Source of the DNA: Proteromonas lacertae
Taxonomy: Eukaryota
Length of the DNA: 52,265 nt
Direction of reading: 5' to 3'
NCBI GenBank assembly: GCA_002245135.1
Contig: NGBS01000041.1
Location: forward strand, 1-52,265
Shown in pieces: positions 51,337 to 52,265 of the stretch (position 1 is the stretch's first letter; every line of letters starts with the position of its first letter). Position numbers and translations under genes: made by a program. The notes below the pieces were generated by a model. The model was given only the letters and a program-made list of their open reading frames with translations, did no database searches and was not told where the DNA came from.

Positions 51337-52265
51337 ATATTCATTTATCTTATCATATTAGGAACATCGTTAGTAGGATATACTAATTTTACTGCATTTG
51401 TGATATTTATTGATGATGCAACATTCTTTGGAATTGAAGTTCCCATTCTATACACACATTATTATAATCAGTTAAACATCTCTTTCTGAAGTAATACTAA
51501 CTACTCTTTATAGTTATTGTCTCATTGTAGCTCAAACTGAACGAATTGTTATATTTGATGCAAACAAAACACATGACTAATTCTGGAGCAACTGACAATA
51601 TTATTTATCACAATTGAAAAAAAAATATACTATATAATATAAATTACATATTTCATAAAATAATTGAAAGCATGACATTTACCATGTAAAGTTGCAAATT
51701 TTGACATTTTTTTCATTTCTTTTTTCTTGATTTTCTATTAATTTTCTCCATTTCAATAATTGCATTGGACTAATTATAATATAACTGTAAATGTACAGAT
51801 GATACATACCTGTAAAATAAGATAATTTGTAGATTTAAAAATTAGCATTGTGAAATGTATTATTTATTATGAACTATAAATCAAAAAAGTATTATACTAC
51901 TTATAATAGTTATTAATTATTCATATATTTATATGTTTCATATACTTAGAGTGAGATGTTTCTATTGTAGATATTTGTGTTAGATATTCCATAGTTGTAT
52001 ATAACTTGGTGTATTAGTTATGCACGTATATTATTGATAAACAGAAACAAAAATTGCATATAATTGGAAATGTTTCTTCATATTGTCAATATTTTTTATA
52101 TTTTATGCATTAATGCAATTTATTATGCCTTAATCTCTATTTTAATATGATTATTAGTTATTTTGAAGTAAATTTAAAAATCACAAAATTAGTTTTTCTT
52201 TTTTTTAAGCCTGTTCAAAAGTAGAATAGTTCTTAATACACTGTGAAAATTTTTCATTCCAATTC

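Overview
Eukaryotic, very AT-rich, gene-dense genomic DNA in the standard genetic code, with very short GT..AG introns (mostly ~25-50 nt, several padded by (TA)n). This style suggests a protist, possibly a Blastocystis/Proteromonas-like stramenopile (inference only). Several genes are broken by single-base slips in homopolymers, most likely long-read assembly errors. Gene order: thymidylate synthase 3' end (+); USP39/SAD1 (-); UTP10/HEATR1 (+); putative glycosyltransferase (+); pseudokinase-LRR gene (+); a ~3,860-aa class C GPCR-like receptor with nine tandem UrtA/AmiC-type Venus-flytrap domains (-); dynein light chain (-); PLXDC/NIDO-like Cys-rich surface protein (+); a ~4,800-aa midasin-like AAA+ protein with N-terminal ubiquitin-like domains and several C-terminal vWA domains (+); an orphan ORF (-); an ABC1/ADCK kinase (-). 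The last ~6.5 kb is decayed, repeat-rich DNA holding a 68-bp tandem array, shredded and partly inverted pieces of an axonemal dynein heavy chain gene, and a broken CACTA/EnSpm-type transposase with inverted 51-bp minisatellite arrays. The strongest candidates for undescribed biology are the 9x-flytrap GPCR and the Ubl-AAA6-multi-vWA protein.
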